A DNA stretch of 64,000 bases from a virus (lineage: Duplodnaviria; Caudoviricetes): positions 96,001 to 160,000 of IMG/VR virus record IMGVR_UViG_3300031994_000011; one strand, written 5' to 3'. The notes below the pieces were generated by a model. It had not been told where the DNA came from and made no database searches. It worked only from the letters and a program-made list of their open reading frames with translations. Both the position numbers and the translations under genes were made by a program. This document shows, in pieces, positions 60,546-64,000 of this stretch (positions within the stretch are counted from its first letter, which is position 1; each line of letters opens with the position of its first letter).

Positions 60546-60824
60546 ATGAAGAAATCTGTTAACGGTCACAATTACGCGCAGGCGAAAGAAATCATCTATG
60601 AAGACGGACGGCGTGAGCTGGTGAGCTACACCACAACCGTGATCGAAATCACGGCGGACGGCTGGATGACCGTACACGGGCTGTACAGCCGCACTACGAT
60701 CAAACACATCGGGTGGTTTATGCGTGAGATCGGCCTTACGTACCAACACGCGAAAAGAGCATACGAACGGCGCGACATTGAACAATTCAACGTTTACACC
60801 GGGGAGGTGAAGGAGGTGGCGTAA
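60546..60824 (+). CDS. Early protein, 92 aa
   Basis: LVSYTTTV..GLYSRTTIKHIGWF; promoter and terminator. Confidence 0.8.
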   Translation: MKKSVNGHNYAQAKEIIYEDGRRELVSYTTTVIEITADGWMTVHGLYSRTTIKHIGWFMREIGLTYQHAKRAYERRDIEQFNVYTGEVKEVA

Positions 60825-60948
60825 GCCACCTCTTTTTTTCATCTTCTAATTGGATGTAATACATCCAAAACGTCCACTTGCTTTTTCAGGCATTCTGTGG
60901 TATACTTATATCATCAAGTGAGGGGTTGATCCCCAGAGGGAGGCCACT

Positions 60949-61095
60949 ATGTGGTATGTTTGTGATGAGTTCGGGTTCGCGTGGAGCAAGGGCATAGAAA
61001 CTCTTGAGGAGGCGCAGCTGCAGCTGGAAGAGCTGCGCGCCGATGCCCGCAAAAAGGGCTGGGACTGGGGCTTTGAGATTGAAAAGCGGGGCTGA
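60949..61095 (+). CDS. Small early protein, 48 aa
   Basis: RBS GGGAGG; terminator overlaps stop. Confidence 0.72.
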   Translation: MWYVCDEFGFAWSKGIETLEEAQLQLEELRADARKKGWDWGFEIEKRG

Positions 61096-61226
61096 CCCGC
61101 TTTTCTTTTTATCACGCAGATTGGATGTAATACATCCAAAATGAATAGTTGACTTTCTTAAGATACTATGATATACTTATACCATCAAGTGAAGGACAAC
61201 ACTTAAAAACCAGAGAGGAAACTACA

Positions 61227-61400
61227 ATGTATCAGATTGTCAGGGTTTATGATGATGGCGCCACCGCAGCAGAGACCGCCCCTTCCTTCGTTTCCGCGCT
61301 GACCGCTTGCACGATCTACCTTGAGGATCCGAGCTGCATCGCAATAAAAATCAAGGATCTCCGGGACAACAAAACCGTCATGGAATACTGGGCGGATTAA
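61227..61400 (+). CDS. Small early protein
   Basis: RBS GAGGA; ORF track. Confidence 0.75.
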   Translation: MYQIVRVYDDGATAAETAPSFVSALTACTIYLEDPSCIAIKIKDLRDNKTVMEYWAD

Positions 61401-61514
61401 CCGCCCTTTTCTCGTTTGGATGTAATACATCCAAAATCCGAGATTGACTTTTCTATGATTATATGTTATCATATACTTGTCCGAAGGGATAACAAATGAA
61501 AGGGGATTGAAACT

Positions 61515-61754
61515 ATGTGGCTTTTCTACTCTTACACTGATGGCTATATTCCTATGGGATCTGATGGACAAATGAAAGTGCCTTCTTCTATGCGTTCAAT
61601 GAAAAGCATCCAGAAGCTGGCAACGGCCTTCCTCGGCAAGCGAGCTGGGAGCGTGTACCTCATGACCAGCTGGACGCAGGCGATGAGCGAGCTGGGACCG
61701 CGCGCGTTTGAAGAATATATCTTTCGCAATGGAAAGAAGGTTGCTCACTCATGA
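61515..61754 (+). CDS. Small early protein
   Basis: ORF track; terminator overlaps stop. Confidence 0.75.
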   Translation: MWLFYSYTDGYIPMGSDGQMKVPSSMRSMKSIQKLATAFLGKRAGSVYLMTSWTQAMSELGPRAFEEYIFRNGKKVAHS

Positions 61755-62110
61755 GCAACCTTTCTTTTTTAGTTAATATTGGATGTATTACATCCAAAAT
61801 ACCTTATTGACTTATTTCATTTTTCATGCTATACTATATTTGTCGAAAGGAAGAAAGGAGAGATGAAAAAATGACTCCCCCGCATTAAAGTAAGCCAGCG
61901 CATAAGATGCTTTATGCGGCGGCACTATTAAACGGAGAGCATCCTCCCGTTCCAGAAAGTGGCGGAGCTGGAGCGATTGAGCCAAACTGGACGATCAGCG
62001 CAATCGTCCAGTTTATTTATATTGGATGTATTACATCCAAAAACGACCGTTGACTTTCTCACCCCTTTATGGTATACTTAAACCATCAAAGGAAAGGAAG
62101 GTAACAAACT

Positions 62111-62437
62111 ATGACGGAAAATATGACCTATCATTGCAGGGTTGAACGTGCTGACCGCGTGAACTGGATTATCAATGAAATCGGTTTGGGGCAGATTGTC
62201 AAGGAAAAGTATGGCAACATCAACGGCAAAGCTGCAACCTACACTTGCATCACCGATACTGGCGTGACCATCATCAAGACGGGCGACAAGAAAGCAATCA
62301 TCACTATGTATATCACCACCGCGCGGGAGCTGGTAGCTGTATACGGCGGGCAGAAAAAAATCCCTCTCGCCCTTCGGAAAAAGGTTGACCACAATCAGAG
62401 CAAATACATCAGGAACGGGAAAACAGTTTGGGCCTAA
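62111..62437 (+). CDS. Early protein, 108 aa
   Basis: MTYHCRVERADR..ITDTGV..IITMY; RelE/toxin-like fold possible but unverified. Confidence 0.78.
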   Translation: MTENMTYHCRVERADRVNWIINEIGLGQIVKEKYGNINGKAATYTCITDTGVTIIKTGDKKAIITMYITTARELVAVYGGQKKIPLALRKKVDHNQSKYIRNGKTVWA

Positions 62438-62533
62438 CGGCCCAAATTTTATTTGGATGTAATACATCCAAAAACCCCTCTTGCATTTCTCATAAAAATA
62501 TGATATTATATAACCATGAAAGGGGTGTGTGAA

Positions 62534-62740
62534 ATGACTACAACGTGGCACTTTGAAGTATGGGGCGAGGACAGCGACCTTTTTGGTGAGCAGTTCTTTG
62601 TAGAGGTCGAAGGCAACCTTGACACGGCGAAGGCGAGGGCTATGGCGATCGCGCAAGAAAATTTTCCCGGCGAGCTGCTGAAATGCTGGGGACGTGTTTC
62701 TAAGCTGACAGCTGAAATGGCTGGATATGATACCTACTAA
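62534..62740 (+). CDS. Small early protein
   Basis: GEQFFVE..AEMAGYDTY; terminator follows. Confidence 0.75.
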   Translation: MTTTWHFEVWGEDSDLFGEQFFVEVEGNLDTAKARAMAIAQENFPGELLKCWGRVSKLTAEMAGYDTY

Positions 62741-62867
62741 GGCGCGAAAGCGCCTTTTAGAGTTTGGATGTATTACATCCAAATTCTCTTCTTGCATAAA
62801 TCCACCTTCTATGTTATAATGTTTGTGAAAAGAGGAAGGATACCTCACAAACCAGAAAGGCACTACT

Positions 62868-63305
62868 ATGACTATTTGGTTCGATATGGATGGCACAATT
62901 GCGAATCTGTACGCTGTTGAAGGCTGGCTTGACTATCTCATTAACGAAAATGTTTATCCTTATGCGAAAGCTGAAACCATGCTTAATTTTTCTTCCTTCG
63001 CAAAGCTGCTGAACAAGCTCCAGAAAAAGGGCTACAAAATTGGCATTATCTCGTGGATGAGCAAATGCGGCTCTGAAAACTATAATCTCGCCGTTGAGAC
63101 CGCAAAACGCGCTTGGCTCGCTCGGCACCTTCCTTCGGTTGAATGGGACGAAATTAAAATTGTCCGTTATGGCACCGATAAATACATCACTTGTGGCGGC
63201 GGCATTCTGTTCGATGATGAACAGGGAAACCGTGATGGTTGGAAGGATAGAGCATATGAACCTTGCAAAATTATGGAAGTATTAAAAGAACTGCTTAACA
63301 GTTAA
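62868..63305 (+). CDS. HAD-superfamily phosphatase / 5'(3')-nucleotidase-like
   Basis: FDMDGT motif I, IIS motif II, K, LFDD motif IV. Confidence 0.82.
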   Translation: MTIWFDMDGTIANLYAVEGWLDYLINENVYPYAKAETMLNFSSFAKLLNKLQKKGYKIGIISWMSKCGSENYNLAVETAKRAWLARHLPSVEWDEIKIVRYGTDKYITCGGGILFDDEQGNRDGWKDRAYEPCKIMEVLKELLNS

Positions 63306-63447
63306 TGCAATGAGCGCGGCGAGCGCTCCCGTATTGGATGTAATACATCCAAATCACATTTCAAAAAAAGACTTGACTTTTCCTTTTTACGTGATAAAAT
63401 ATATATGAAAGCGGAAGGAAAACCGCCCAAACCAGAAAGGTTATGAA

Positions 63448-64000
63448 ATGGCCAAAACTCTCAAGTTCCTTGTAGTTGATACTGAAACCGCCACCCTGCC
63501 CATGTGCTCTGAAATTGCGTATGATGCTGAAAGCAAGAAAAAGCTCGCAATCGCTAAGCCCCTCATTTATGATATTGGCTGGAACATCACTAACCGCAAG
63601 GGCGAAATTCTCGGTCATAAGCAGTTCCTCATCGCAGAGACTTTCTGTGTTCCTCAGGTTTTTAATACTGCCTATTATGCAGAGAAGCGGCCCATCTATC
63701 TGAAAATGCTTGAACGTGGTGAAACCGTCATTAAAACTTGGGACGAAGTTATGACTATCTTCCTTCAAGACATGCGGTCCGTTGATGCCGTGGGCGCGTT
63801 TAATTCCATGTTTGATTTTAAGAAGGCTATCCCCTTCACCGAACTGTATATCCGCAATCTATATAGCCCCCGTTATAGCGATTGGGAAAAAATTCAGTAT
63901 GATTCTTGTATGAGAATTTTGAGCAACAACAGACCCGAAAGAAACCCGAATTTTGATGCCGATAATTTTTCCTTCCGTGGCGAAAGCTTCCCCCTGTTCG
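63448..64000 (+). CDS. DEDD (DnaQ-like) 3'-5' exonuclease, truncated by window end
   Basis: LVVDTET ExoI, IYDIGW, AFNSMFD ExoII. Confidence 0.85.
   Translation, partial: MAKTLKFLVVDTETATLPMCSEIAYDAESKKKLAIAKPLIYDIGWNITNRKGEILGHKQFLIAETFCVPQVFNTAYYAEKRPIYLKMLERGETVIKTWDEVMTIFLQDMRSVDAVGAFNSMFDFKKAIPFTELYIRNLYSPRYSDWEKIQYDSCMRILSNNRPERNPNFDADNFSFRGESFPLF

Larger units (their letters stand above)
56892..63352. repeat. 19 dispersed copies of 19-bp palindrome TTGGATGTA(A/T)TACATCCAA, each upstream of a sigma-A promoter
   Basis: Starts at 56892, 57395, 57711, 58061, 58445, 58782, 59029, 59348, 59762, 60083, 60441, 60850, 61121, 61416, 61779, 62022, 62453, 62764, 63334. Confidence 0.97.

Noticed and set aside
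56892-63352. CRISPR array or classical integron attC array
   Set aside because: Inter-repeat segments are 243-570 bp and contain promoters and genes; no cas or integrase in the window; the repeat lacks attC R/L box structure
56826-63768. Minus-strand and overlapping ORFs in the early region (many starting MDV(L/I)HP or MYYIQ)
   Set aside because: They arise from the palindrome sequence and GC-rich antisense frames, have no RBS, and + strand genes carry all the expression signals
1-64000. Suppressor tRNA, release factor, lysis cassette or integrase
   Set aside because: None recognised by eye. They may lie outside the window; tRNAscan-SE/ARAGORN is needed to exclude a tRNA.

Overview
A 64-kb segment of a large tailed dsDNA phage (siphovirus-type morphogenesis module). 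The host is probably an anaerobic Bacillota/Clostridia member, judged from sigma-A promoters, CIRCE elements and class III RNR. Three zones. (1) 1-11.7 kb, + strand: replication/nucleotide genes (intron-split DnaE-type polymerase, NrdH-like redoxin, NrdD, NrdG, ferredoxin-thioredoxin reductase-like protein, dUTPase, RuvC-like resolvase, membrane-anchored GIY-YIG nuclease). (2) 11.8-55.4 kb, - strand: virion operon (intron-split TerL, portal, protease/scaffold, capsid, neck, intron-split tail tube, ~6,244-aa tape measure, Dit, ~2,545-aa tail tip protein). (3) 55.7-64 kb, higher GC: early region with a cluster of host transcription-factor operators, then 19 modules each opened by the palindrome TTGGATGTA(A/T)TACATCCAA and a sigma-A promoter, almost all with one small gene and a terminator. 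The ORF track is fragmented because TAG is a sense codon here. TAG repeatedly occupies catalytic or invariant GLUTAMATE positions (TerL Walker B, RuvC, GIY-YIG), which argues for TAG=Glu rather than the TAG=Gln usually reported in recoded phages. No suppressor tRNA, release factor, integrase or lysis genes were recognised. Recoded-gene coordinates were derived by hand (start, stop and frame checked); the two giant ORFs were not checked codon by codon.
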